Below, in pieces: positions 19,370 through 28,928 of a stretch of DNA of 64,000 bases. The notes beneath the pieces are model-generated. The model searched no databases. It saw only the letters and a list, made by a program, of their open reading frames with translations, and was not told the origin of the DNA. The translations under genes and the position numbers were made by a program. The DNA lies in contig CBIHOX010000011.1 in NCBI GenBank assembly GCA_966211685.1, forward strand, positions 7,649 through 71,648. The letters run 5' to 3'. Source of the DNA: an uncultured Pseudoduganella sp. (lineage in GTDB: Bacteria > Pseudomonadota > Gammaproteobacteria > Burkholderiales > Burkholderiaceae_D). The first letter of the stretch is position 1, and each line of letters begins with the position of its first letter.

Positions 19370-20602
19370 TTACAACGCCGCCAGTCCTTCCACCCACGCC
19401 ACCTGCCCGGGCAGGCAGACCGTATTCAAATCATATGTTTCCTGGGCAAAGGCGCGGGCACGCGCGCCCAGGCGCGCCCGCTGCGCCGGGTCGCCCAGCA
19501 ATTCCGACACGGTCGACGCCAGGGCGGCAGCGTCGAAGAAATCCACCAGCCGGCCGGTGTCGCCGTCGCGGATGGCTTCGCGCACGGGCGCCGTATCGCT
19601 GGCCACGATGGTGCAGCCGATGCTCATGGCTTCCAGCATGCTCCAGCTCAGCACGAACGGATACGTGAGGTACACGTGCACCATCGACAACTGCAGCAAG
19701 GGGATAAACAAGTCGTAGGGAATCTTGCCCAGGAAGTGCACGCGCTCGCGCTGTTCCGGCGTCAACTGTCCCTGCACTTCCGTGGCAAAAATGTCTTTCC
19801 AGCTGCGGCCGTCAGGCGGACGGCTGCCGTAGCTGACGTCATCGCCACCCACGATCAGCACACGCGCCTGCGGGCGGTTGCGCAACAGTTCGGGCAGCGC
19901 ACGCATGAACACGTGGTAACCGCGGTATGGTTCCAGGTTGCGGTTGACGAAGGTGACGACTTCATCCTGCCGCGTCAGGCGGATGCCGGCCACCTGCAGC
20001 GCCACGTTGGGCGCCGGCGCGGCAGCCTCGGTATCGATGCCTTCGTGGACCACCGTGATGCGCGAACGGAAGCGTTCGGGGAACGTACTGGCCTGCCACA
20101 ACGTGGGGGAAATGCCGGCGTCGGCCACTTCCATGTGCAGCAGCATGTTGGTGTTCTTGACCAGCATGCGCGGCCCGGCTTCGGCCGAATCATTGGGGAA
20201 TTCCGGATCGAAACCGACATCGGCGCCGCTGGCGTGGTAGTAGAATTCGCAGCTCAGGCCCAGTTTCGCCTGCGGCCACACGTCCTTCAGGAACAGGCTT
20301 TCGCCCCAGCCCGGATGCGCCACGATGACGTCCGGCGCAAAGCCGGCCGCCTTCAGCTTCAGGGCGGCGCGATAGCAGGCTTCGCCGCGGATGATCTTGG
20401 TTTCGGTATCGGACAGCCACGGGTGGACATTGGCGCCGTTGCCGCGCTCGACCCCATATTGCAGCACTGTCACACCCTTCCACTGGCCGCTCAATTTGCG
20501 GTTCATGGTCAGGGTGACCACCTTGTGCCCGCGCGCCGCCAGTGCGGGCGCCAGGAACTTGTATTGGGCCGGGAAGTTTTGATGGATAAATAAGATATTC
20601 AT
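19370..20602 (-). CDS. Glycosyltransferase family 4 (GT-B fold)
   Basis: MNILFIHQNFPAQY, PDVIVAHPGWGE, RNLEPYRGYH, HVYLTYPFVLSWSMLEAMSIGC. Start moved to the ATG at 20602. Confidence 0.9.
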   Translation of the reverse strand: MNILFIHQNFPAQYKFLAPALAARGHKVVTLTMNRKLSGQWKGVTVLQYGVERGNGANVHPWLSDTETKIIRGEACYRAALKLKAAGFAPDVIVAHPGWGESLFLKDVWPQAKLGLSCEFYYHASGADVGFDPEFPNDSAEAGPRMLVKNTNMLLHMEVADAGISPTLWQASTFPERFRSRITVVHEGIDTEAAAPAPNVALQVAGIRLTRQDEVVTFVNRNLEPYRGYHVFMRALPELLRNRPQARVLIVGGDDVSYGSRPPDGRSWKDIFATEVQGQLTPEQRERVHFLGKIPYDLFIPLLQLSMVHVYLTYPFVLSWSMLEAMSIGCTIVASDTAPVREAIRDGDTGRLVDFFDAAALASTVSELLGDPAQRARLGARARAFAQETYDLNTVCLPGQVAWVEGLAAL

Positions 20603-20651
20603 GGCGCGCGGCCGCACCGGCGATACACCGGTGCGCCTGGATCGGCAGAGG

Positions 20652-21431
20652 TCAGTTCAGCTTGCTGAGGTTCAGTACACCGCCATCGTTGAGGAAGTCG
20701 GCCGGCTCGGTGGCCGCCAGTTCCTTCATCTCGGCAGCGATTTGCGCACGCACCTGCACCAGCTTGGACAGCAGCGGCAACTGGTGCATCGACAGCAACT
20801 GGCTGTACGCCACCGCCAGCGCGCCGCTGTCGGCCAGCTCGCGCAGCGCATCGCCCGGCAAGGCGTTCAGGGCGGCCTCGTCGACCTTGAACAGGCCATT
20901 GACGGTCTGTTCGCCCTGGGCGCCGCGCAGGGTCAGCGGCCATGGCGCAAGCACCTTGTGCTTTTGCAGCGCGGTGCATGCCATGGTTGCCTGCATGCGG
21001 CTGCGCTCGGCCTGCACCAGGAATTGCAGCATGCCGGCGATCTTTTGCGCCGGCTTGCCATCTTCTTCAAAGAAACGCTCGCCGGCGGCGTCCACCAAGC
21101 CGCTGGCTTCATCGATGCACAGCACGGCTTCATCATTCTGGCGCGCCAGGCGGAACGGATAGCCGCGCAGCGCGGCCGGCACGTACGAACCCAGCCAGCG
21201 GCCATCGGGCGCCACATACAGGTTGACGCCATCCTGCACACCCATCAGCGCCGACAGCACATAACCGTCGCCATCGGCCAGGAAAGCGATCGGCATGGCC
21301 GGCACGGCGGCAGCCAGTTCCGCGGCAGCCAGCGGCACGACGGCGCTGCCGGCGGCAAACAGGTAATTGGCAGGCGCCTTCCAGCGCAGGTTGGCGTGAC
21401 GCTCTTGGGTAATCAGTTGAATGGTGGTCAT
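20652..21431 (-). CDS. sapC: SapC family protein
   Basis: YLFAAGSAVVPLAAAEL...PIAF...LMG...NLYV...W...YVPAALRGYPFRL...LCID...LFEEDG...LQF...FKVDEAAL..L...L...GAL...YSQLLSM pattern of SapC. RBS GAGG before the ATG at 21431. Lies directly downstream of the S-layer-like gene. Confidence 0.85.
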   Translation of the reverse strand: MTTIQLITQERHANLRWKAPANYLFAAGSAVVPLAAAELAAAVPAMPIAFLADGDGYVLSALMGVQDGVNLYVAPDGRWLGSYVPAALRGYPFRLARQNDEAVLCIDEASGLVDAAGERFFEEDGKPAQKIAGMLQFLVQAERSRMQATMACTALQKHKVLAPWPLTLRGAQGEQTVNGLFKVDEAALNALPGDALRELADSGALAVAYSQLLSMHQLPLLSKLVQVRAQIAAEMKELAATEPADFLNDGGVLNLSKLN

Positions 21432-21485
21432 GGGGTCCTCTGTGAAATTTTTGCTGAAGGCGCTCATTATCGGGTGAACGTCCTC

Positions 21486-21521
21486 AGAAAAAACCCCGCC
21501 TCTTAAAAAAGAGGCGGGGTT
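21486..21521 (-). terminator. Rho-independent terminator after the S-layer gene
   Basis: Perfect 12-bp stem AACCCCGCCTCT / AGAGGCGGGGTT followed by a T-run on the minus strand. Confidence 0.85.
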
Positions 21522-21605
21522 GGGAACATCTTCTGCTTACGCCGGCGCGGGGTACCGCGCCGGCGGCAGTTCCAGTCACGCGGCTTGCGCCGCGTGGTGG
21601 GACTA

Positions 21606-24600
21606 TTAAGCGGAGAAGTTGGTCGAGGTCAGCGAGTCAGCGGTCACGCCCGACAGGGTACCGATCAGGTCAACCACGATGTTAGCGGTGGTTGCGTCTG
21701 CGCCGGCAGCGGTCGAGGTTACAGCGTACACGTAGGCGTTGCCGCCGCCGTATGCAACAACCGTCAGGTTGCCCGAAGCGGTGGTGCCCAGGGCGCTGGC
21801 GATCAGGGTTTCAACTGCCAGGCCGTCGCCGACTTGGGTTGGAGCCAGGATCGAACCGGCAGCCGATTCGATCTCGATCACGCCACCGGTTGCCACGGTG
21901 ATTGCCGTGCCAGCTGGGTTGGTTACCGTCTGGAAGGCAGTCACGCCAGCCGATGCCACTTTCAGAACGTCAGCCGACGCGCCGGTTGCGGTGAAGCCGG
22001 TGATGGTGTCAGCGCCGGTGGTGATACCGGTTGCTGCGCCACCAGCCAGCGTGGTCAGCGTGAAGGTATCGGTGCCGGTGCCGGCCGTTGCGGTCTGCGC
22101 GGTGGCAGCGTGGAACGTGAAGTTGTTCGCACCGTTAGCCAGTACGTAGTTTTCCACGTTCACGTTACCCGTTGCGGTGCCGGCCGTCGTGAAGGTGACG
22201 GTTTCGGTACCAGCAGCGTTGATGGTCGTGAAGGCGTTGTGCTGTGCCACGGTCATCGATACGGAACCGCCCGAAGCGATGGTTGCCGTGGTGAAGCCTG
22301 CACCGATGGTAGCGCCAGCAATGTTGGAACCAGTTGCCAGGCTCACGATGTCAGCAGCGGTCACTTCGCCGTTCAGCGTACCGGTGAAGGTGCCGCTCAC
22401 GCCCACGGTTACCACGTCGGTTGCCGCGGTGCCGGTGACGGACTGGGCGCCGGTGATGCCGGTCACGGAGATGGCGTTACCAGCAGCATCGCTCAGGGTG
22501 TAGCTTTCCACGTTGGCGTTCGCTGCCACAGCGGTGATTGCCGTGTCAGTGAAGGTTACGGAGTCAGCACCGCCAGCAGCGTTGATGGTGGTGAAGCCAG
22601 CGTACTGAGCCGAGGTCAGCGACAGGTTGCCGGTCAGGTTCAGCACGGTCGCGCCGGTTACGGCACCAGCGTTCACGCCAGCGATGTTAGCGCCGGTGGT
22701 CGCGGTGATGCTGTCCAGAGCTTGCAGCGTGTAGGTACCGGTGACGGTGTTACCGCCCACGTTCACGGTGTCGGTGCCAGCGGAAACAACGTTCACGCCG
22801 GTATCCGATGCCAGAACCGTGAAGGTACGGCCGTCGGTGCCCAGGTTGTAGGTCTCAACACCAGCTTTACCGGTCACAGCGCCAGCGCCGGACAGGGTCA
22901 CGGTGTTGGCACCGGTTGCGCTCAGGGTGGTGATCGCGTTGTGCTGGGTAGCCGACATCGTTACTGCAGCCAGGCCGTCGATGGTCACGGATTCAGCGGT
23001 CAGCGCTGCGCCGCCGTTGATGCCTGCCAGGTTGGTGCCGGTGGTGGTCACAACCAGCGAGTCAGCAGCGCCGGCCAGAGCCAGGGTGCCGGTCGGGGTG
23101 GTGATCGCGCCGGTGTTCACCGTTACGTTGCCAGCGGCCGACACGTTCTGGGCAGCTGCGCCCAGCGTGAAGTTCGAACCGGTAGCCAGTACGTAGCTTT
23201 CAACAGCTGCGTCGCCAGTGTCGGTCAGAGCCGTGGTCACGGTCACGGTGTTGGTGCCCGTTGCGTTGAAGGTGGTTACAGCAACGTGCTGAGCAGCGGT
23301 CATCGAAACAGCAGCAATGCCGTTGATGGTCACGGTTTCAGCAGTCGTGTCCGCGCCGCCGTTGATGCCAGCCAGGCTGGTACCAGTGGTGGTCACAACC
23401 AGGGTGTCGCCAGCGCCAGCCAGAGCCAGGGTGCCGGTTGGAGCGGTGATCGCGCCGGTGTTCACGGTGACGTTGCCAGCAGCCGACACGTTCTGAGCAG
23501 CTGCGCCCAGGGTGAAGGTGGAGCCGGTTTGCACGGTGTACGACTCGATAGCTGCGTTACCGGTCAGGGTAGCAACATCGCTGATGGTCACGGATTGTGC
23601 GCCGGTAGCGGTGAAGCTGGTAGCAGCAGCCAGCGTGTCGAACTGAGCCTTCGTTGCGGTCAGGGCCAGGCCAGCAGCCAAGGTCACGGTGTTGAAGCCG
23701 GTCAGGTTGCCGATGGTCGAGGTGCCGCTGATGGTCAGCGTGTCGGTTGGCAGGGTTGCCGCGGCGTTGACTGCGCCGGTGGTGACGCCATCCTTGAACA
23801 CGTTGTTGGTCGCGTTCGCGGTGAAGTCCACGGTGTACGAGCTGCCCAGGGTGCCAACTTCGAAGTCAGCTTGTGCCAGCGATGCTGGGCTGTTCGACAG
23901 GTTCAGCTGGATGTCGTTCGCGTTCAGCGCGCCGTCGTTGTTGACGTCGATCCACAGGGTGTGGGTGGCGGTATCCAGAACGGCGTCGATGGTGCCGCCA
24001 GCCGAGATCGCGCCTTGAGCTGCGCCGAACGAGCTGTATGCGCCAACGTAGGTGACTGCGCTGGTGTACACGATCTTGTCGGTGCCCGATACGAAGTCGG
24101 TGATGGTGTCAGCATTGTCCGCGCCAACGTCGCTTGCCACGATGTAGAAGCGGTCGGTGCCGGTGCCACCGGTCAGCACGTCTTTGCCAGCGCCGCCCAG
24201 GATCGAGTCGTTGCCTGCGCCACCGATGATGGTGTCGACTTTCGCGCCGCCCAGGATGCGGTCAGCACCTGCGCCGCCGGTTACGCTGTACGAACCGTCC
24301 AGTTCAGCGGTACCAACGAAGTTGAAGGCAGCAGCAGCGTTGGTCAGCGCGGATGCGTCGACGTTCAGCGTTTTGCCAGCTTCCAGGTTGCTGTTCACGG
24401 TGGTGATCGATACGCCGTTGGCGCCGTTGGCTTCAACGAACACGTTTTCGATCTTCGTTACGCCGTTCAGGTTGGCAACTGCGTTGTCAGCAACAACTAC
24501 CAGCTTGTCACCGGTGTTGGTGCCGCCGGTGATCACGTCGGTGCCCGACAGCGAAGCTGCGGTCGAACGTACGGTCATCAGGCCGGTTGCCAGGCTTGCG

Positions 24601-27600
24601 TTGACGGTGTCGTTGCCGCCGGCGCCCAGGTTGATGGTCAGGTTGCTGGAGAAGCCTTCACCCACGTTCACGCTGTCGTCGCCCGTGCCAACGGTGATGT
24701 CTTTCAGGCCGTTCTTGTTGGCGATCGCGTTCACGTTGATGGTGTTGTTGCCGTTGCTCAGCACCAGGTTTTCAACGGAATCCCAGTTGTTGAAGATAGC
24801 GTCGTTCAGGACTGCGGCATCCGTCGTGATCTTGACGGTGTCGGTACCTGCGCCACCTTTCACGGTGTCGGCCGAAGTGATGCCTTCGGTTGCGACAACA
24901 GCGCTGTAGGTGAAGTTGAAGGTGTCGTCGCCGGCACCGCCATCCAGGTAATCAACGCCTTCCACGCCGGAAACTGCGCCGGTACCAGCGGTGATGGTGT
25001 CGTTGCCGTCGCCGCCAACGATCGAATCGTCGCCGTTGCCGCCGATGATCACGTCGTTGCCTGCACCGCCGGTGATGGTGTCTTTACCAGCAGCGGTGGT
25101 CACGGTCCAGCCGCCTGCGCCTACAGTGATCTTGCCGTTTGCGCCGCCGGTCAGGGTGACGGAGCCAGCGCCAGCGCCGGTGGTCACGGTGTGGGTTGCG
25201 GTCGAGCCAGCAGCCGAGTTCAGGGTGATGACGTCTGCGCCCGAGCCCGAGTTCACGGTGAAGGTGCCGGTGCTGGTGCCATTGCCCAGGGTGATGGTGT
25301 CAACGCCGGTGCCGCTGTTCACGGTCACGGATTGTGCAGCAGCAGCGGTCGCTGCGAACGACACGCCGCCCGACAGAGCGGTTGCGTCAACGGTAGCCAG
25401 CTTGGTCGAGCCGATGGCTGCGGTGATGACAACCTTGTCTTCGCCCGACAGGGTCAGCTTGGTCAGGTTGGCGCCATCCAGCGAAGCCGCGGTGATGGTT
25501 TCAACGGTGTTGCCTACGGCGCCGTTGTTGGCGTCTTTGGCGGTCACGGTGACGTTTTCAGCCTGGCTGAACAGCAGCGCGCCGGTCGCGTAGTTAGCGG
25601 TGTCGGTGGTCAGGTTCAGGGTCAGGTTGTCAGCTGCCGTGTCGGTAGCGTGGGTCACGGTCAGGTTGTCCGCGCCAGCGAAGCCGGTGGTTGCTGCACG
25701 GGCGTTCACGTTCACCACCACGTTGTTGGCAACGTTGTTCAGGGCAACAGCGCCATTGGTGCCGTTGTCGAACGAGAAGGTGTTGATCACGTGATCGGTG
25801 CTGCCCGAAGCCTTGGTGCCGCCGTTGCCTGCATCCAGAACACCAGACGTTGCGTCGGTGAAGGTCAGGTTTTCAACGTTGGTGGTGTTGGCGAACGTAT
25901 CGGCGTCAACAGTAACGCTTGCAATGGTGGTGGTCGACACGGTGTCGGTGCCGGTGCCGCCGTTGACGGTGTCGCTATTGCGGTAGTTTGCACCCAGCTT
26001 GATGGTATCGTCGCCGGCGCCGGCGTTCACGTTGGACTTGCCTACGTTAGCCGATACGTCCAGCGTGTCGCTGCCCGAACCGGAGGTTACCGACAGAGCG
26101 GTGCCAGCCAGGGTCACGTAGTTGCCCGAGGTGATGTTCAGGTTGCCGGTGAAGGCGCCTGCATCGATGGTGCCCACGGTGCCGTTCAGGCCAGCGGTGA
26201 TGGTCAGGTTCTGGTTACCAGCGATGGTGACTTTCGAAGCGTCCACGTTCAGCGCGCCGACGACCGATGCTGCGCCGCTGGTGGTGATGGCCACGGTTTC
26301 GATGCCGGTGTTGCCAGCGCCAACCAGTGCGTCGGTGTTGGTACCGATCTTGATGGTGCCGGTGCTGTTACCGTTCAGCAGGATCTTCTGGGTGTCGGCT
26401 GCGCCAGCAACAGCGGCAGCTTTGTAAGCCAGGGTCAGGTCGGAAGCGTTCAGTGCGTTAGCAACTTCCAGGTCAACGATCTGGCCGATGTTTTTCACGG
26501 TCAGGTTGTTGTTCGAGGACGACGAACGAACGGTCTTCAGTGCGGAGTCAACGTTTTCCAGGCCCAGGATGGTCGCGCCTTCAGCTGCTGGAGCTTGAGC
26601 TTGAACTTCCAGAACTTCGATGTTTTTCACGACGAAGCCTTGTACCTGGCTTGCGTTGGTGATGGCAGCGTTGTTGGTGGACGAGGTAACCACGCGCAGG
26701 GTGTCGGTGCCCACGCCGCCGTCGATCGAGTCGGACGATTGCAGGGTGGTGGATTGACCGGTCTGGCCGATGATGGTGTCATCGTTCAGGCCAGCGATGA
26801 CCACGTCGGTTGCGCTGATGGTCAGGGCCTTGCTCTGTGGGCCGGCTTCAACAACGGCGTCTTGAGCAACTTTCTGGTGAGCAGCAACCAGCAGTTGAGC
26901 AGCAACCAGCGGATCGTTGATGGCTTTGATGGCGGCAGCGGTAGCGGCCGAAGCAACGTCGTCAGCGGTCGACTTGGTGGTGCCTACAACAGCGGCGAAG
27001 TCAGCAGCGGCGGTGTTAGCAACAACAACGCTGGCCAGTGCTTTTTCGATCGCGGTTTTTTCGTTGGTGGCAGCGGTAGCCAGAGCCGTGGCGTTGGCAA
27101 CGGATTTGGACAGGTCGAATGCAGCTTTCGCGTCAACGTACGCTTTGGTTGCTGCAGCGGCAGCGTCAGCGTCGGTCTTGGCGGTAGCCAGTGCCGTGGT
27201 GTAAGCACCTTTCTTGGCATCGGAGATCGCTTGAGCAGCAGCTTCAACAGCGTCTTCACCAGCTTTGATGGCGTCGTCAACAACGGTCTTGGCAGCGGCA
27301 GCAGCGGTCACAACGGTGTTAGCGTTGGTCACGGCGGTAGCGGCAGCGGTGTTGTCAGCGGCGTTGACGGTCTTGTCAGCGGCAGCTTTCAGTGCGTCAG
27401 CAGCGGTCTTGGCATCGGCAGCGGCGGCAACAGCGGCGTCTGCAGCGGTCTTCGCGTTGGCGATGGTGGTCGGCACCTTGGCGACAGCAGCGGCTGCGTC
27501 GGCGATGGTCTTGTTGCCAGCGGTCAGGTTGGCGGCAGCGGTGTTCGAAGCAGCCAGCTTGGTGGCGGCGTCTTGCTGTGCTTTAGCCAGGTTGAAGTCG

Positions 27601-28928
27601 GCAACCGACTTGGTCGCGCCGGTAGCAGCGATTTCGTCAGTGTTACCACCAGCAACGGCAGCGTTGTACGCGTCGGTAGCAGCTTTGGCATCGGCTTGTG
27701 CGGTGGTCAGCACGCCTTGGGCTGCGTCGGATGCGGCTTTGGCATCGTTTGCTGCGGTGGTCAGAGCGGCAACGTCAACAGCGGCAGCGGCCGTTTTCAG
27801 GGCAGCGGCAGCGTCTTGGTCGATCTTGATCTGGGCAGCAGCGGTGGTAGCAGCAGCGGCCTTGGCGGTAGCGTTGGCGTTAGCGGTGGTAACGGCAGCT
27901 TGTGCGTCGATCACGGCTTGCACCAGTGGCTTCTCAGCAACAGCAGCGGCTACGTGGGCAGCAGCGTCGGTCACCAGCTTGGCAGCAGCGGTCTGAGCAG
28001 CAGCAGCGTCTGCAACAGCTTTGATTGCCAGCGCGTCGTCAGCGGTGGTGGCGGTTTTCAGTGCTTTGGCCAGGTAGTTGTCGGCAGCGGCTTTCGCGGT
28101 GTCGGCAGCGGTCTTGGCAGCGTCGGCAGCAGCTTTCTCGGTGTCGGCAGCGGTCTTGGCAGCGTCAACCTTGGCGATGGTGTCCGAACCTTCCAGGGCA
28201 ACTTTAGCAGCTGCGGCAGCGGTAGCGGCGGTAGCGGCAGCGGTGGCGGCAGCGGTTACTGGCGCGGTCAGGGCGGCGGCAGCCAGGTTCGCGTCGAACT
28301 CGGCAGCAGCGTTGGCGTCGTAGGTGCGCAGCACTTCGTTGGTCACCAGTGCCAGGGCAGCAGGTGCGGTAGCAGCAGCCAGCGAGGCAGCGTCCTTAAC
28401 CGAGTTCAGGAACGACGTACCCCATGCGTTTGCCTGTGGGCCGCTGTAAGCCAGTTGCAGGGCAACGCTGTCAGCGATTTTTGCGGTGAACGCGGTAGCA
28501 GCAGCCAGCTTGCTTGCAACGGTTTCAACGTCTTGGCCTTTTGCGTTCGAGAACATCGTGTTCAGCGTGAAGCTGACAGCTTGCGCTTTGACTTCGGCTT
28601 TCTCAGCAGCGGTCAGTTTCGTGTTGGCGGCGTTGGCGGCATCAACACTGTTCAGGTAGTCGGTGTAGAAGTTCAGGCCTTCCTGGTCCGGCAGACGACC
28701 GAACGAGTTCTGGTACATCTTGGCAACCAGTTGCTGGTTGCTCAGTTTCGGCGTTACATAGATCGCCTTGTACTCTTCGTTGTTGGCAAAGAAGTTTGCC
28801 ACGGCTTTCATGTCGATCTTGTTTGCAGCCAGCAGATCTTCCCAAAACTTCAAACCGGCTGGGTCAGCGGGACGGTTGTAGTAAGCGATATACAGTTTTT
28901 GCAGATCGGAGGTGTACTGTGTTGCCAT
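21606..28928 (-). CDS. Giant S-layer-like T1SS substrate (2440 aa): N-terminal SapA/DUF4214-type domain, ~490-aa Ala-rich stalk, Thr/Gly/Asn-rich beta-helix region with RTX motifs
   Basis: N-terminus DLQKLYIAYYNRPADPAGLKFW...NQQLVAKMYQNSFGRLPDQEGLNFY. Many GGxGxD motifs, no signal peptide, RBS AGGAG, high-expression codon bias, and adjacency to sapC and a T1SS gene. Confidence 0.85.
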   Translation of the reverse strand: MATQYTSDLQKLYIAYYNRPADPAGLKFWEDLLAANKIDMKAVANFFANNEEYKAIYVTPKLSNQQLVAKMYQNSFGRLPDQEGLNFYTDYLNSVDAANAANTKLTAAEKAEVKAQAVSFTLNTMFSNAKGQDVETVASKLAAATAFTAKIADSVALQLAYSGPQANAWGTSFLNSVKDAASLAAATAPAALALVTNEVLRTYDANAAAEFDANLAAAALTAPVTAAATAAATAATAAAAAKVALEGSDTIAKVDAAKTAADTEKAAADAAKTAADTAKAAADNYLAKALKTATTADDALAIKAVADAAAAQTAAAKLVTDAAAHVAAAVAEKPLVQAVIDAQAAVTTANANATAKAAAATTAAAQIKIDQDAAAALKTAAAAVDVAALTTAANDAKAASDAAQGVLTTAQADAKAATDAYNAAVAGGNTDEIAATGATKSVADFNLAKAQQDAATKLAASNTAAANLTAGNKTIADAAAAVAKVPTTIANAKTAADAAVAAAADAKTAADALKAAADKTVNAADNTAAATAVTNANTVVTAAAAAKTVVDDAIKAGEDAVEAAAQAISDAKKGAYTTALATAKTDADAAAAATKAYVDAKAAFDLSKSVANATALATAATNEKTAIEKALASVVVANTAAADFAAVVGTTKSTADDVASAATAAAIKAINDPLVAAQLLVAAHQKVAQDAVVEAGPQSKALTISATDVVIAGLNDDTIIGQTGQSTTLQSSDSIDGGVGTDTLRVVTSSTNNAAITNASQVQGFVVKNIEVLEVQAQAPAAEGATILGLENVDSALKTVRSSSSNNNLTVKNIGQIVDLEVANALNASDLTLAYKAAAVAGAADTQKILLNGNSTGTIKIGTNTDALVGAGNTGIETVAITTSGAASVVGALNVDASKVTIAGNQNLTITAGLNGTVGTIDAGAFTGNLNITSGNYVTLAGTALSVTSGSGSDTLDVSANVGKSNVNAGAGDDTIKLGANYRNSDTVNGGTGTDTVSTTTIASVTVDADTFANTTNVENLTFTDATSGVLDAGNGGTKASGSTDHVINTFSFDNGTNGAVALNNVANNVVVNVNARAATTGFAGADNLTVTHATDTAADNLTLNLTTDTANYATGALLFSQAENVTVTAKDANNGAVGNTVETITAASLDGANLTKLTLSGEDKVVITAAIGSTKLATVDATALSGGVSFAATAAAAQSVTVNSGTGVDTITLGNGTSTGTFTVNSGSGADVITLNSAAGSTATHTVTTGAGAGSVTLTGGANGKITVGAGGWTVTTAAGKDTITGGAGNDVIIGGNGDDSIVGGDGNDTITAGTGAVSGVEGVDYLDGGAGDDTFNFTYSAVVATEGITSADTVKGGAGTDTVKITTDAAVLNDAIFNNWDSVENLVLSNGNNTINVNAIANKNGLKDITVGTGDDSVNVGEGFSSNLTINLGAGGNDTVNASLATGLMTVRSTAASLSGTDVITGGTNTGDKLVVVADNAVANLNGVTKIENVFVEANGANGVSITTVNSNLEAGKTLNVDASALTNAAAAFNFVGTAELDGSYSVTGGAGADRILGGAKVDTIIGGAGNDSILGGAGKDVLTGGTGTDRFYIVASDVGADNADTITDFVSGTDKIVYTSAVTYVGAYSSFGAAQGAISAGGTIDAVLDTATHTLWIDVNNDGALNANDIQLNLSNSPASLAQADFEVGTLGSSYTVDFTANATNNVFKDGVTTGAVNAAATLPTDTLTISGTSTIGNLTGFNTVTLAAGLALTATKAQFDTLAAATSFTATGAQSVTISDVATLTGNAAIESYTVQTGSTFTLGAAAQNVSAAGNVTVNTGAITAPTGTLALAGAGDTLVVTTTGTSLAGINGGADTTAETVTINGIAAVSMTAAQHVAVTTFNATGTNTVTVTTALTDTGDAAVESYVLATGSNFTLGAAAQNVSAAGNVTVNTGAITTPTGTLALAGAADSLVVTTTGTNLAGINGGAALTAESVTIDGLAAVTMSATQHNAITTLSATGANTVTLSGAGAVTGKAGVETYNLGTDGRTFTVLASDTGVNVVSAGTDTVNVGGNTVTGTYTLQALDSITATTGANIAGVNAGAVTGATVLNLTGNLSLTSAQYAGFTTINAAGGADSVTFTDTAITAVAANANVESYTLSDAAGNAISVTGITGAQSVTGTAATDVVTVGVSGTFTGTLNGEVTAADIVSLATGSNIAGATIGAGFTTATIASGGSVSMTVAQHNAFTTINAAGTETVTFTTAGTATGNVNVENYVLANGANNFTFHAATAQTATAGTGTDTFTLTTLAGGAATGITTGADTITGFTATGASADVLKVASAGVTAFQTVTNPAGTAITVATGGVIEIESAAGSILAPTQVGDGLAVETLIASALGTTASGNLTVVAYGGGNAYVYAVTSTAAGADATTANIVVDLIGTLSGVTADSLTSTNFSA

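Noticed and set aside
1545-20593. Long plus-strand ORFs opposite the proteases (e.g. 1545-4193, 5987-7597, 7886-10084, 14710-16569)
   Set aside because: Antisense shadows typical of high-GC coding DNA; the minus-strand frames carry the recognisable motifs.
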